DNA of 64,000 nucleotides from a virus (IMGVR_UViG_3300021138_002231:1-64000), one strand, 5' to 3'; shown: positions 27,388-37,023, counted from the first letter of the stretch. Notes: generated by a model not told the origin, from the letters alone. Numbers and translations are program-made.

Positions 27388-29894
27388 ATATTGATATTCT
27401 GAAATCTTGTGTTATCTTGGATCATTAATTCCTCTCTTTCATATGCACCTTTCTTTATGATATTTTCGCATGCTCTTAAAATATATGCATATCTATCAGA
27501 ATTTTCTATTTGCATATAATATTCAATATCATTTAGTAATTTACCAAATTCTACATATTTTTGATTTTCAAGCATTTTCAACTCTTCATATTTTTCACGA
27601 ATGTCTTGAATACTTTCTTTTTTAAATAAATTAAATTCATTTAATTTATTTAAATATGCAATGTAGTTTTCTTTACTTTTATCTTTAGAATATGTATTCC
27701 ATAAATTTGTACATTCAAAAAGATATTCATTATATTCATTATAATAATTAAACATAAGTTGTGTATTGATTAATGGCATTTCACCGACGCCAACCATTGC
27801 TAAACGATTGTAGAGAATCGCGTCATATTTAGCAATGAAACTTCGTATTAATGCTTCTTCAGGGCTTACGGTGCGATTTGTGTATCTACCATTTGAATCA
27901 ACAACTAAAAATTTATGAACATCACAGTTAGGATTATGACAAACTTTTTTATGTTCGATTAAATTATGAGAGGCAATGCAATAATTAATGTTGTTGACAT
28001 CTATTGCTGGATTTCTATAGATAATAGAAGCCTCATCGAGCTTGTTCATAATCACAGAATCATCTTTAATATCCTTTTCTTCAAAATAAATAGCGCTGCT
28101 ATCTATAATATTTGAAGCAAAATTCTCTGTCATTTTTTTCCATTCAGTTTTTACTGAGTATTTGTCGCCAATTGTTGCATTTGACCCTGCTGTTAATTCA
28201 TTTCCATATTTCGAAGATTTAGCAATACTACCATCTGGTAAATATAAGTTTTTATCAAGGTTATATCGTTTAGTATTTGACAACATTCCATAATATTCAC
28301 CTACAAAAACGACTTTTTCTTTGATAACAGGATGATATAATCCAGATTCATCTTGTTCCCAATGAGAAATAACATCACATGGAATAACAAAATCAACAAT
28401 ATAATTCATACTTCCTGATTTATCAAAATCAGGTGCTGTTATAGATATACGTTGAGGAACAGCAGCAAGACCATACGATCTTAATTTATTAATAATAGCC
28501 CTTTCTGGTCCTGAATCAATATTAAAACAAGTATAAACTTCATCTTTGTGTATTCTTCCACCCAATGCATAAATGGGATCATCTTTATCATATCCAATGT
28601 CTAGTAACATGTCTCTAAATTTACTTAAAGTTTTCTCGCAAATTTGTTCATAACAATATTTTAGACATTGTTCTACTTCATTTCTTGGAACAGTATTTCG
28701 ATCTGTTAAAACTAAATGTAATCTTTCAATTGCATTTGAAGAATTGCTGCTTAAAAATTCGTCAATGTATTGTTTAAATACAGGCAAAATAACTTCATCA
28801 TCTTTTCTGCGTTCTTCAATTGCTAAGTTATACTCTTCTTTATTAGTTGGCTTAGGCATTTTATAAAAAAATACATTTTCGCATTTCTTAATGCTAGAAT
28901 CTTCAACTTTATCCCATCTTATGCCTAAAGGCAATAAAATATCAGAATATGCGTTTATTGGCATAGGATCAGGCATGATGCTTTTATTAATTTCTAGTTC
29001 ATTTTCATCTTTGCCTAAATGACTCCAAATTTGTCCTGCTCTAGTACCGTCATTATTATCTCTAACTAGATTATTTATAAAAGGGATACTTGATAAGTCT
29101 GTTTCGTTAAAACATTCCAGAATGTTTTTATCTTTTAATAATTCTATTCTATTGTCTTTAGTTGGCAACAAAAACAAAGCCATGATAATGTCATCTGTTA
29201 AATTAGGACATTGTGTTTTTTTTGACCTTAAATCATTAATTTTTTGTTTAATGTCATTGCGTAACTGTTCAATTGTTAATGTTCTTTTTGATAAAACAGC
29301 CTTCTTTTGCATTTCTATATTGGCTTGATTAAAAAAAGCAGCCAATAAATTTTTGCCCTCTTTTTCAGAAAAGAAATTTATAGTTGGTTCGGTAGCATAA
29401 GATGCCAATTCTTCTGAATGTAGTGATAAAACCTTTTTAATTAATTCCTGTTTTAATTGATTAACAAATGAATTATAAGCACTTGTAGGCATTCCTAATG
29501 GCTTACCTTCTCTCCCAATATCTTGAGGCTTAACTTTTTCTTGATATTGAATATTAAACTCATCAAATAACTTTTTAGCCAATGCTTCATTTTCTTGAAT
29601 TGCTTTTGAATATTCATTAATCTTTTTTATAACAAGATCACTACCTGGTTTATATGGTGAATTTTGAAAACCAGATAAAACAACACCAAAAACATCTGCT
29701 GATTCAATTGCCATATCACCAATATATTTAGTAATTTCGCCTGACAATTGAACGTATTTTTCAGGATTTTCTAATATTTGTGAGATTTTTTTGTTAATTT
29801 CTTCTTGATTTTGTGTTAAAAAAGGCAGAGCGATTTTTTCTTCTTGAAATTCCGCTAATAACTGTCTGTATTTTTTAAAATTAAAACCACGCAT
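27384..29894 (-). CDS. Large hypothetical protein with a probable PD-(D/E)XK nuclease-like domain
   Basis: DSGPERAIINKL...YIVDFVI...VGEYYG. Confidence 0.55.
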   Translation of the reverse strand: MRGFNFKKYRQLLAEFQEEKIALPFLTQNQEEINKKISQILENPEKYVQLSGEITKYIGDMAIESADVFGVVLSGFQNSPYKPGSDLVIKKINEYSKAIQENEALAKKLFDEFNIQYQEKVKPQDIGREGKPLGMPTSAYNSFVNQLKQELIKKVLSLHSEELASYATEPTINFFSEKEGKNLLAAFFNQANIEMQKKAVLSKRTLTIEQLRNDIKQKINDLRSKKTQCPNLTDDIIMALFLLPTKDNRIELLKDKNILECFNETDLSSIPFINNLVRDNNDGTRAGQIWSHLGKDENELEINKSIMPDPMPINAYSDILLPLGIRWDKVEDSSIKKCENVFFYKMPKPTNKEEYNLAIEERRKDDEVILPVFKQYIDEFLSSNSSNAIERLHLVLTDRNTVPRNEVEQCLKYCYEQICEKTLSKFRDMLLDIGYDKDDPIYALGGRIHKDEVYTCFNIDSGPERAIINKLRSYGLAAVPQRISITAPDFDKSGSMNYIVDFVIPCDVISHWEQDESGLYHPVIKEKVVFVGEYYGMLSNTKRYNLDKNLYLPDGSIAKSSKYGNELTAGSNATIGDKYSVKTEWKKMTENFASNIIDSSAIYFEEKDIKDDSVIMNKLDEASIIYRNPAIDVNNINYCIASHNLIEHKKVCHNPNCDVHKFLVVDSNGRYTNRTVSPEEALIRSFIAKYDAILYNRLAMVGVGEMPLINTQLMFNYYNEYNEYLFECTNLWNTYSKDKSKENYIAYLNKLNEFNLFKKESIQDIREKYEELKMLENQKYVEFGKLLNDIEYYMQIENSDRYAYILRACENIIKKGAYEREELMIQDNTRFQNINI

Positions 29895-29917
29895 AAAAAT
29901 CTCACCTATTTTCTTTT

Positions 29918-29944
29918 ATACTGTTTTTAAGTTTAAAATTCCTT
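29918..29944 (-). promoter_or_regulatory. Sigma-H-like promoter AAGG-N19-GTAT enclosed by a 14-bp inverted repeat (29896-29909/29957-29970) covering the SD
   Basis: AAGGAATTTTAAACTTAAAAACAGTATAA; arms AAAATCTCACCTAT/ATAGGTGAGATTTT. Confidence 0.65.
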
Positions 29945-29972
29945 GAAACAGTATTGATAGGTGAGATTTTGT

Positions 29973-30392
29973 TTAAATTTCTTCTTCACATGACGGAATA
30001 AATTCCAAGTTCAAATGTGTAGCCGCTAAATCAGCCCCAATTTCCACAGCAGAAATAAATGGCATTAATTCCTCTTCATCTTCTAAGCCATGCATAAAAT
30101 ATACACTAATTTGATTTTCAATTCCAGTAGAATCAATAACAAAAATAGGTAATGCAAACATAGATACGTAATCGTCGGATATGAATATTTTACCTTTATT
30201 AATAGGATGTAAACCTATTTGTACACAAGTGGTTTCATTCTTTTCATGATAATGCATAACAGCTTCATATGCTAAATCATGCCAATCTTCAATAAATGAA
30301 TCTTTTAATAAATCTACATATGCATTACGTATTTGTTCAAAAGCTGGATGTAAGGGAATAATTGCCAAATTTGTGCGCTGAGATTCCACCAT
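29973..30392 (-). CDS. Hypothetical protein
   Basis: Coupled to the upstream ORF; SD GGAGG. Confidence 0.65.
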   Translation of the reverse strand: MVESQRTNLAIIPLHPAFEQIRNAYVDLLKDSFIEDWHDLAYEAVMHYHEKNETTCVQIGLHPINKGKIFISDDYVSMFALPIFVIDSTGIENQISVYFMHGLEDEEELMPFISAVEIGADLAATHLNLEFIPSCEEEI

Positions 30393-30820
30393 TATTTATT
30401 GTCCTCCGCGTGTTCGTGATGACATACTGTGCAAGAATGGCATAGTTTATGATTAATAAAATGCGAACAGGCCACCATAAAACCACCAATAACTAACATT
30501 AACACATAAATGTCAAAAGTATGATGTATTTTAACATATTCATGTAAAATTCTTCCAATGGCTAAAAATGTCAGTCCGACAGATAAAATTGCCAAAGCTA
30601 ATTTTGATTTATGCTTGGTATATCCAAAGCATAAACTCGTTACACCAATGCCAGCACTAGAAGCGAATAATAGCCATTCCATTGTTTCACTGGCAAAAAA
30701 ACTTAATCCTATAATTGGGAATAGAGTAATAACTAATGGCATCAGTGCGCAATGTATTGCGCACAAGAAAGAAGCAGTTGCTCCTACTTTGTCTAATTTT
30801 GAATGTGTTTTTAATTTCAT
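30392..30820 (-). CDS. MerC-family membrane protein
   Basis: LDKVGATASFLCAIHCALMP, four TM segments, GY..H, His/Cys-rich tail. Confidence 0.85.
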   Translation of the reverse strand: MKLKTHSKLDKVGATASFLCAIHCALMPLVITLFPIIGLSFFASETMEWLLFASSAGIGVTSLCFGYTKHKSKLALAILSVGLTFLAIGRILHEYVKIHHTFDIYVLMLVIGGFMVACSHFINHKLCHSCTVCHHEHAEDNK

Positions 30821-31491
30821 AATGCATCTATTAGATCAGATAGATTTATCTCATCTTTATTATTGTTGTTTGTAAAGCCTTTTATGTTATAAGAATAACG
30901 ATGAACTCCTTTAATCATGCCATATTTTTTAACAGCCTGCTTATGTTCTTCATTAATATATCCTTTATGATTCTCAAATTTATAGTCAGGATATTTTTCA
31001 GCCAATTCCATAATATATTCATCTCTTGCAACTTTAGCTAACACAGATGCTGCGGCTATACTTAAACTCGTAGCATCTCCTTTAACAATCATATTATATG
31101 GTTTAAGAGTAAACGACGTTGTTTGATCAACTAAATAAATATTTACTTGTTTCTCTATTTGAGACGAACATTGTTTTGCCGCCATTTCCATTGCCTGACG
31201 ATTTGCCCAAGATAATCCCTTTTTGTCAATATCTTTTGCATCTATAAAAAATACACTCCATGCAAGTGCCAAATTTTTAATTTTATCAATCAATTCGACT
31301 CTTGTATCGTGCGAGAGCTGTTTACTATCATTAAGACCTGAAATAGTGGCATTTTCTGGTAATATACAAGCTCCTGCTACTAATGGACCAGCCCAACAAC
31401 CACGAGCAACTTCATCAATACCACAAATGACAGGACCGTGTATTGATCTTATATTATTGTCATATTGAGCAAGTTTCTCATGAGCTTTCAT
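30817..31491 (-). CDS. rnhB: Ribonuclease HII
   Basis: GIDEVARG..AGP, LNDSKQL, KGDA.S.SIAAASVLAKV.RD, HKGY, HRYSY. Confidence 0.93.
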   Translation of the reverse strand: MKAHEKLAQYDNNIRSIHGPVICGIDEVARGCWAGPLVAGACILPENATISGLNDSKQLSHDTRVELIDKIKNLALAWSVFFIDAKDIDKKGLSWANRQAMEMAAKQCSSQIEKQVNIYLVDQTTSFTLKPYNMIVKGDATSLSIAAASVLAKVARDEYIMELAEKYPDYKFENHKGYINEEHKQAVKKYGMIKGVHRYSYNIKGFTNNNNKDEINLSDLIDAL

Positions 31492-31508
31492 AGTGTATTC
31501 TACGTGTT

Positions 31509-33257
31509 TTATTCTGAATTTATAAGCGATTCCGCAATCAAACTCAATTGTTTACTAGCCATTTTAAGAATATCTTCTGTAGAAGTTACAAGTCCGCGTA
31601 ATAATTCAAGATTTTCATTTGTTTGTCCTTGCTCTAAAGACGGTAACAAATCTTCTAATTCGTAAATAAGTTCTTCTGTAAAATAATCTCTATTGTCTCT
31701 TAATAATTCTTCAACTTGAATTAATTGATCTCTAACTACACTTTGCAAGTTAGATGTAATTGTAAACAGAGCATCTTCTTCTTTGTTTTCTTCTGCTTCT
31801 TTAAGCATTCTTTGCACTTCTTCAGAGGATAATGAAGAATTTCCTGTTAAAGTAATCGATTTAGACAATCCTGTAATCTTATCAATCGCAGAGACTGAAA
31901 GTATACCATTTGCATCAACATCAAACGTGACTTCGATTTGTGGTGCTCCTCTTGGTGCTGGATCAACTTCAAGACTAAATTTACCCAAGAATTTATTATC
32001 TTTTGTTTGTGGCCTTTCGCCCTGATATACTTTAATTTCAACTAATTTTTGATTATCTTCTGCTGTGGAGTAAATATCTGAAAATGATGCTGGTACAGGA
32101 GTATTGCGTTCAATCATTTTCGTCATTACTCCGCCTGCTGTTTCAATTCCTAATGTTAGAGGACTTACATCAACAAGATAAATTTCTTTATCTGATTGTC
32201 CAGAAAGAACACTGGCCTGTATTGCTGCACCAATCGCAACAGCTTCGTCGGGATTAATGGATCGATTTGGCACTTTGCCTGTCCATAATTCTACAGATTC
32301 TGCAATTTTAGGAACTCTTGTACTTCCGCCAACAAATACGACTTCATCAATTTCAGAATAAGTAATTTTAGCATCAAGTATTGCTTGGTCTACGCATTTT
32401 TTAGCCTTTTCAATGAGTTCTTCTATTTCTTTTTCGAATTCTTGTCTGGTTACTGTAACTTTAAGATGTTTTGGCAGGCCATTTTCATGATAGAAATATG
32501 GTATATATACGTTACTGCTCTTGCTGGATGTTAGTTCTTTTTTAAGCTTTTCAGCGGCTTCTCTTAATCGAACTTTCATATTCTCATCTAATACGTCTTC
32601 TTGAATTTCTGCTTTAGAAAGAATGATTTTTTCTAGTTTTTGATCAAAATCATCTCCACCCAAAAAGGTATCTCCGCTTGTAGATTGAACTAAGAAATCC
32701 ATACCATCAAGTATTTTAAGGATTGTTACGTCAAATGTCCCGCCTCCCAAATCAAAGACAAGAACAGTTTCATCTTTATTTTTATCTAATCCATACGCTA
32801 AAGATGCGGCAGTAGGTTCGTTTATAATTCTAAGAACTTTTAATCCTGCTAATTCTCCAGCTATAGTTGTAGATTTACGTTGATCATTATTAAAGTATGC
32901 TGGAACCGTAATAACAACAGCTTCTACTGTATCATTAAGAAATGATTCTGCATCTTCTTTAAGTTTTTTAAGTATTTCAGATGATATTTCTTCTGGAGAA
33001 AATTCTTTATCATTAAGCATTAGTCGATCATTAGTTCCCATACGTCTTTTAATAGAACGTATTGTGGATGAGGGGTTCATTAATTCTTGATCAACTGCTG
33101 GTGCTCCAACAAGTTTTTCTTTATCTTGTGTGTATGCAAATACAGACGGAGTTGTTCTTCCTCCTTCACTACTAGGAATAACTTCAGGGATTCCTTTATC
33201 ATTTACATATGCAATACAAGAATTTGTAGTTCCAAGATCAATTCCAATTACTTTCAT
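31509..33257 (-). CDS. dnaK: DnaK/Hsp70 chaperone
   Basis: GIDLGTTNS, RTTPS, TVPAYFN, NEPTAA, DLGGGTFD, GGSTRVP, NPDEAVA, PQIEVTFD. Confidence 0.96.
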   Translation of the reverse strand: MKVIGIDLGTTNSCIAYVNDKGIPEVIPSSEGGRTTPSVFAYTQDKEKLVGAPAVDQELMNPSSTIRSIKRRMGTNDRLMLNDKEFSPEEISSEILKKLKEDAESFLNDTVEAVVITVPAYFNNDQRKSTTIAGELAGLKVLRIINEPTAASLAYGLDKNKDETVLVFDLGGGTFDVTILKILDGMDFLVQSTSGDTFLGGDDFDQKLEKIILSKAEIQEDVLDENMKVRLREAAEKLKKELTSSKSSNVYIPYFYHENGLPKHLKVTVTRQEFEKEIEELIEKAKKCVDQAILDAKITYSEIDEVVFVGGSTRVPKIAESVELWTGKVPNRSINPDEAVAIGAAIQASVLSGQSDKEIYLVDVSPLTLGIETAGGVMTKMIERNTPVPASFSDIYSTAEDNQKLVEIKVYQGERPQTKDNKFLGKFSLEVDPAPRGAPQIEVTFDVDANGILSVSAIDKITGLSKSITLTGNSSLSSEEVQRMLKEAEENKEEDALFTITSNLQSVVRDQLIQVEELLRDNRDYFTEELIYELEDLLPSLEQGQTNENLELLRGLVTSTEDILKMASKQLSLIAESLINSE

Positions 33258-33291
33258 ATTTTCAACTCTTTTTATTTATTTTGAGTTCAAT

Positions 33292-33333
33292 TATACAAAA
33301 AGAATTGGAAATATTTCCAATTCTTTTTGTATA
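33292..33333. terminator. Perfect 42-bp palindrome; its edge forms a TATAAT box upstream of dnaK
   Basis: TATACAAAAAGAATTGGAAAT/ATTTCCAATTCTTTTTGTATA. Confidence 0.7.
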
Positions 33334-33337
33334 CAAT

Positions 33338-33691
33338 CTATTTATCTTCAGGCAATTGATTAGAAGCTCCAGGCTTATAACCTGGATAAAGTGTTTTAAG
33401 CGGATTGCCTGTTTCTAACTTTTTGCGCATCTTTTCAATTTCTTTAGTAGTAATAGGGGATTCAAGTTTGACAATACGAGGATCGCGTGGTAAATTTTCT
33501 TTATATCCATGAACCATCGAAAGCATTTGAGTGACTTTAAACGTGTCTTTACATTTGGGGCATCGCATAATTGCGAATGCTTCAACTTCATTTTTAGGAA
33601 GCCATCCTAAATGTGATTCTTGATAAAAAGGATGCCTACAATTTCTGTTTGCACATCGTTTGGGCATACCGAAGATGACTTGGTTAAACAT
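33338..33691 (-). CDS. Zinc-ribbon protein
   Basis: CANRNC and CPKC; SD GAGG; AAGG-N19-GAAT at 33726-33752. Confidence 0.7.
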   Translation of the reverse strand: MFNQVIFGMPKRCANRNCRHPFYQESHLGWLPKNEVEAFAIMRCPKCKDTFKVTQMLSMVHGYKENLPRDPRIVKLESPITTKEIEKMRKKLETGNPLKTLYPGYKPGASNQLPEDK

Positions 33692-33915
33692 GCTTCCTCA
33701 CACTCCTTACTAGGAATATTGTTATATTCTCTATAATGATAATTATTGCCTTTATATATTAAAATTATTATTTTAATATAATTTTAACACAAAATAGGAA
33801 TTTTTTGTTAAAATTATTCTATAATATATATGGCGTCAAAGATGAATACAAATAGTTCGTTGAGGAACTAGCTCTCGTTGTTGAGACAATATCACATACA
33901 AGGAGATTTACTATT

Positions 33916-34020
33916 ATGAAAAAATTCCTCAAAGAATTTATCACAAATTGGGAAATCATGCTAACACACGCAATGTGCGTCCAGTATGGAATTCCGAAAA
34001 TCGAAGATAAAATTCGCTAA
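33916..34020 (+). CDS. Small 34-aa protein, not in the ORF track
   Basis: SD AAGGAG then MKKFLKEFITNWEIMLTHAMCVQYGIPKIEDKIR; TATAAT about 90 nt upstream. Confidence 0.55.
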   Translation: MKKFLKEFITNWEIMLTHAMCVQYGIPKIEDKIR

Positions 34021-35825
34021 ACTATCTCTAAAGTCCATGCTCTTTCGTTATTATATACTTGTTTACGAACTGAAGCATGTTCTTTAAACTCTCTCTGCTG
34101 GCTAAGGAAATCAATGACGATAGCCTCAGATTTACCATTTTCAATGGATTCTTCAATGTTTTTTCCTACACAACGAAGAACACGTCCGATGGCCTGATAA
34201 GTGGTGATTGTTGATTTATTTGATCCAGCAAGAATCAACACCGTCACTTTCGGGGCATCAATACCTGTATTTGCCCATTTCGTAGCAATTACAATCGTTT
34301 CGTTCCTTTCTAACTTATCAAGCATTCTTCGTCTATAATCTTTCTCTTCTTCGTTCGGATCATCATCTTCATCTTCTTTAGCTCCAGTTCCAGGAATAAA
34401 GACTGAATTTTTAATCATACTTTCAAGAAGATAACCATGATCTTTTTGATCCACAAGAATAAGAACAGGTTTCCCCTCTTCCATAAAGGCTTCGGCAAAT
34501 TGTTTAATGCGATAATTTCTTTCCCAATTATTGATTATATTGATATTATATGTATCTTGATACGTTTTACCACTTTTATGATATCCTATTTTAACAAGAA
34601 ATATTCTAGGTGGAACTAAATAGCCCATTTCAATTAAATCAGAGCTAGAAACAGAAATTACTTTTCTGCCAAGCGATCCTTCCATTCTAATTTCTTGATT
34701 GTCTTCGCGCCAAGGAGTTGCGGAAAGTCCTATTTTATAATATGCATTTTTGGCATAATTACTTAACTCTTCAACAATAACTGCCGCGAGATGTGCTTCA
34801 TCAACAATAAAAGCTTTGCATTCTTGAATAAGTTTTCTTACAGATTGTTTCTGCTCAATCAATTTGATTTTATCATTTAATGCCTTTTCTTCATCTAAAT
34901 ACACTTTTTTAACATCTTTAATTAAAGCTTTAAAATCTTTGTCGTATTTAGCCTGGTGTGTTTTGATTTCTTTTTCAATTTTAATTTGTTTTTTGGGATC
35001 AGTTTCTAATTTTAAAGATTTATTTAAATTGTTAATTATTAATAATTGTTCATTTAAAGATTCTTTTGCGGTCTTTTCTACTTTTTCATATTGTGTTTTA
35101 GCTTTATCATAAGCAGATTTGATTTGTTCTAAAGTTCGTGTTTTGGAATTTTCTTCTGAAACAAGTTTTTTTGCACTTTCTGAATATTTCACATCAAAAG
35201 CAGTAAGCGCAGTTTGATAAGTGACAATGTTAATTCCCTCAAGATTTAAATCACATTTTCCGCCACCCGCAATGCCAATTTTTACAGGTTTTCCGTCTTT
35301 ACGAATATATTTATGAAATTCTTCTTGAGTTTGATTTAGCAAAGAAATAGAAGGAACTATAAAGATAACAGGAGATACTGAAAATTCAGCCAGCATTTCA
35401 CATGAAAGCATGGTTTTGCCTGCTCCAGTTCCTAGTTCTAGCATAGCTCTTGTGTACTTTTTAGCTAATTTAGGAGCTTCGATTTGATATGGCCTTAATT
35501 TTTTGTTGCCGAAATCACATGTAATTTGATAATTCTGTTCAGGCTTTGGTCTTGTATCCTCTATTTTGTAATCAATTTCATTTTTCTTGAAAAACTTCAC
35601 AACACGAGGGACTAATCCAGTGGGAAGCGATTGAGAAGCTTTACGATAAAGTGATATTCGTCCATCCCACAAGCCTTCTTTAACTTTGGGTGCCCATTCT
35701 ATATTAGGAGGCATATAACTAAGTTCTTGGCGTATAGATTCATGAAAATCTTTATTGATGGTATAACTTTCATGAATTTGACCAATTAATTTAGCTTGGA
35801 CATTATCAATTAAAATTCTTATCAT
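34017..35825 (-). CDS. SF2 DExH helicase (UvsW/Rad25-like) with coiled-coil insertion
   Basis: LRPYQ, GTGAGKT, VDEAH, GLSATP, GIDAP, QAIGRVLR. Confidence 0.9.
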   Translation of the reverse strand: MIRILIDNVQAKLIGQIHESYTINKDFHESIRQELSYMPPNIEWAPKVKEGLWDGRISLYRKASQSLPTGLVPRVVKFFKKNEIDYKIEDTRPKPEQNYQITCDFGNKKLRPYQIEAPKLAKKYTRAMLELGTGAGKTMLSCEMLAEFSVSPVIFIVPSISLLNQTQEEFHKYIRKDGKPVKIGIAGGGKCDLNLEGINIVTYQTALTAFDVKYSESAKKLVSEENSKTRTLEQIKSAYDKAKTQYEKVEKTAKESLNEQLLIINNLNKSLKLETDPKKQIKIEKEIKTHQAKYDKDFKALIKDVKKVYLDEEKALNDKIKLIEQKQSVRKLIQECKAFIVDEAHLAAVIVEELSNYAKNAYYKIGLSATPWREDNQEIRMEGSLGRKVISVSSSDLIEMGYLVPPRIFLVKIGYHKSGKTYQDTYNINIINNWERNYRIKQFAEAFMEEGKPVLILVDQKDHGYLLESMIKNSVFIPGTGAKEDEDDDPNEEEKDYRRRMLDKLERNETIVIATKWANTGIDAPKVTVLILAGSNKSTITTYQAIGRVLRCVGKNIEESIENGKSEAIVIDFLSQQREFKEHASVRKQVYNNERAWTLEIV

Positions 35826-35836
35826 AACATTATATT

Positions 35837-35888
35837 ATAGTACAAAAACACACTGGAATGTTATAATTCCAGTGTGTTTTTGTACTAT
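35837..35888. terminator. 23-bp perfect-stem hairpin
   Basis: ATAGTACAAAAACACACTGGAAT-GTTATA-ATTCCAGTGTGTTTTTGTACTAT. Confidence 0.7.
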
Positions 35889-35899
35889 TTATGATTAAA

Positions 35900-36313
35900 T
35901 TAATTCCCGCCAAGTAAGAATCGAGTTCTTTGTTCTTCTCGTTCTTTTGAATCAGCATAAGGATGATTAGCCACCCAATTGTTGAACAATGCATCAAGCT
36001 CGGCTTGATCAACTTCTGGTCTTGTGCCAGGAGCATAAACAGGAACAACAATTGGAGAAGGTTCTGGAGCAGGAACAGGAACAACGGCTGGCGTTGGTTC
36101 AGGTGTTGGTTCAGGTGTTACAGGCACTACAATTTCTTGTGTACTTCCGTCAGGTTCTTTGACGATAATTACTTCTTCAGGATTTGTAGTACCAGGCGCT
36201 GGTTGTTCAATTACAACGGTAGGTTGCCCTTCGCTTTCTGAACTAACGTCTGAAGTATTAGTTGTTTTAACAACTTCGGTCTGTGATTCTGTGGGTTTAT
36301 CTCTTTTTGCCAT
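35900..36313 (-). CDS. Pro/Glu/Thr-rich hypothetical protein
   Basis: SD AAGGAG; PEPT repeats. Confidence 0.7.
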   Translation of the reverse strand: MAKRDKPTESQTEVVKTTNTSDVSSESEGQPTVVIEQPAPGTTNPEEVIIVKEPDGSTQEIVVPVTPEPTPEPTPAVVPVPAPEPSPIVVPVYAPGTRPEVDQAELDALFNNWVANHPYADSKEREEQRTRFLLGGN

Positions 36314-36322
36314 TTTGACTCC

Positions 36323-36751
36323 TTATTTTAATACCATCATCATTTTGACGGCTTTAGTGGTTGGTTGATTCTTCAGATGAAGCATATTTACAATTGTCAA
36401 TGTAACTTGCTTAATATCTTCGATTTCTGTATCAGTTAAAGTTACATTATGATCTGCGGCTGCTTTCTGAACAAATTTCACAAATACATCGACGGCCTCA
36501 TTGTCTGTAAATTTGCCTGATGCAATTTCATTTAAACCTTCGAGCCAAATGCTATAAATAAAGTCAGCCTTGTCGCCTAGCTTTGTTCCTAAAATTTGTT
36601 TAGCTAATGAAAGAGCGATTTGAGCATATGCAACATCATCCTTGTTGGCAGAAAGATATTTCAAACCCAAGACCGACAAAAGACCAAGCAATATGGGAAT
36701 AGCCCACGATGCTACAGTTACTCCAAATGCTGTTAAAAGTGTTTCGTGCAT
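36323..36751 (-). CDS. Membrane protein, possibly holin-like
   Basis: Single N-terminal TM segment followed by amphipathic helices. Confidence 0.5.
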   Translation of the reverse strand: MHETLLTAFGVTVASWAIPILLGLLSVLGLKYLSANKDDVAYAQIALSLAKQILGTKLGDKADFIYSIWLEGLNEIASGKFTDNEAVDVFVKFVQKAAADHNVTLTDTEIEDIKQVTLTIVNMLHLKNQPTTKAVKMMMVLK

Positions 36752-36782
36752 ATTTTTAATACCTACCTTTTATTTTGTTTGT

Positions 36783-37007
36783 TTAACAACTTTTAGCAAT
36801 CACATCGCCTTCTCCGTCGTCATCTAACGGACCTGTGTTAATTCTAGAATTAACATGTCTGTGGCAATATGGGCAAACTCCACCATCTTCAAGGTTTTCT
36901 TTAGAAACAATGATTTTATTGCATGACATGCATAAAATAGCACCGTCATTTTGTTCGCCAGTAAATTTATCAATAGAGCCTGAAGCTCCGCGTTTAATCA
37001 TACTCAT
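36783..37007 (-). CDS. Small zinc-ribbon protein
   Basis: CMSC...CPYC; SD AAGGAG. Confidence 0.65.
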   Translation of the reverse strand: MSMIKRGASGSIDKFTGEQNDGAILCMSCNKIIVSKENLEDGGVCPYCHRHVNSRINTGPLDDDGEGDVIAKSC

Positions 37008-37023
37008 TAAAATACTCCTTACT

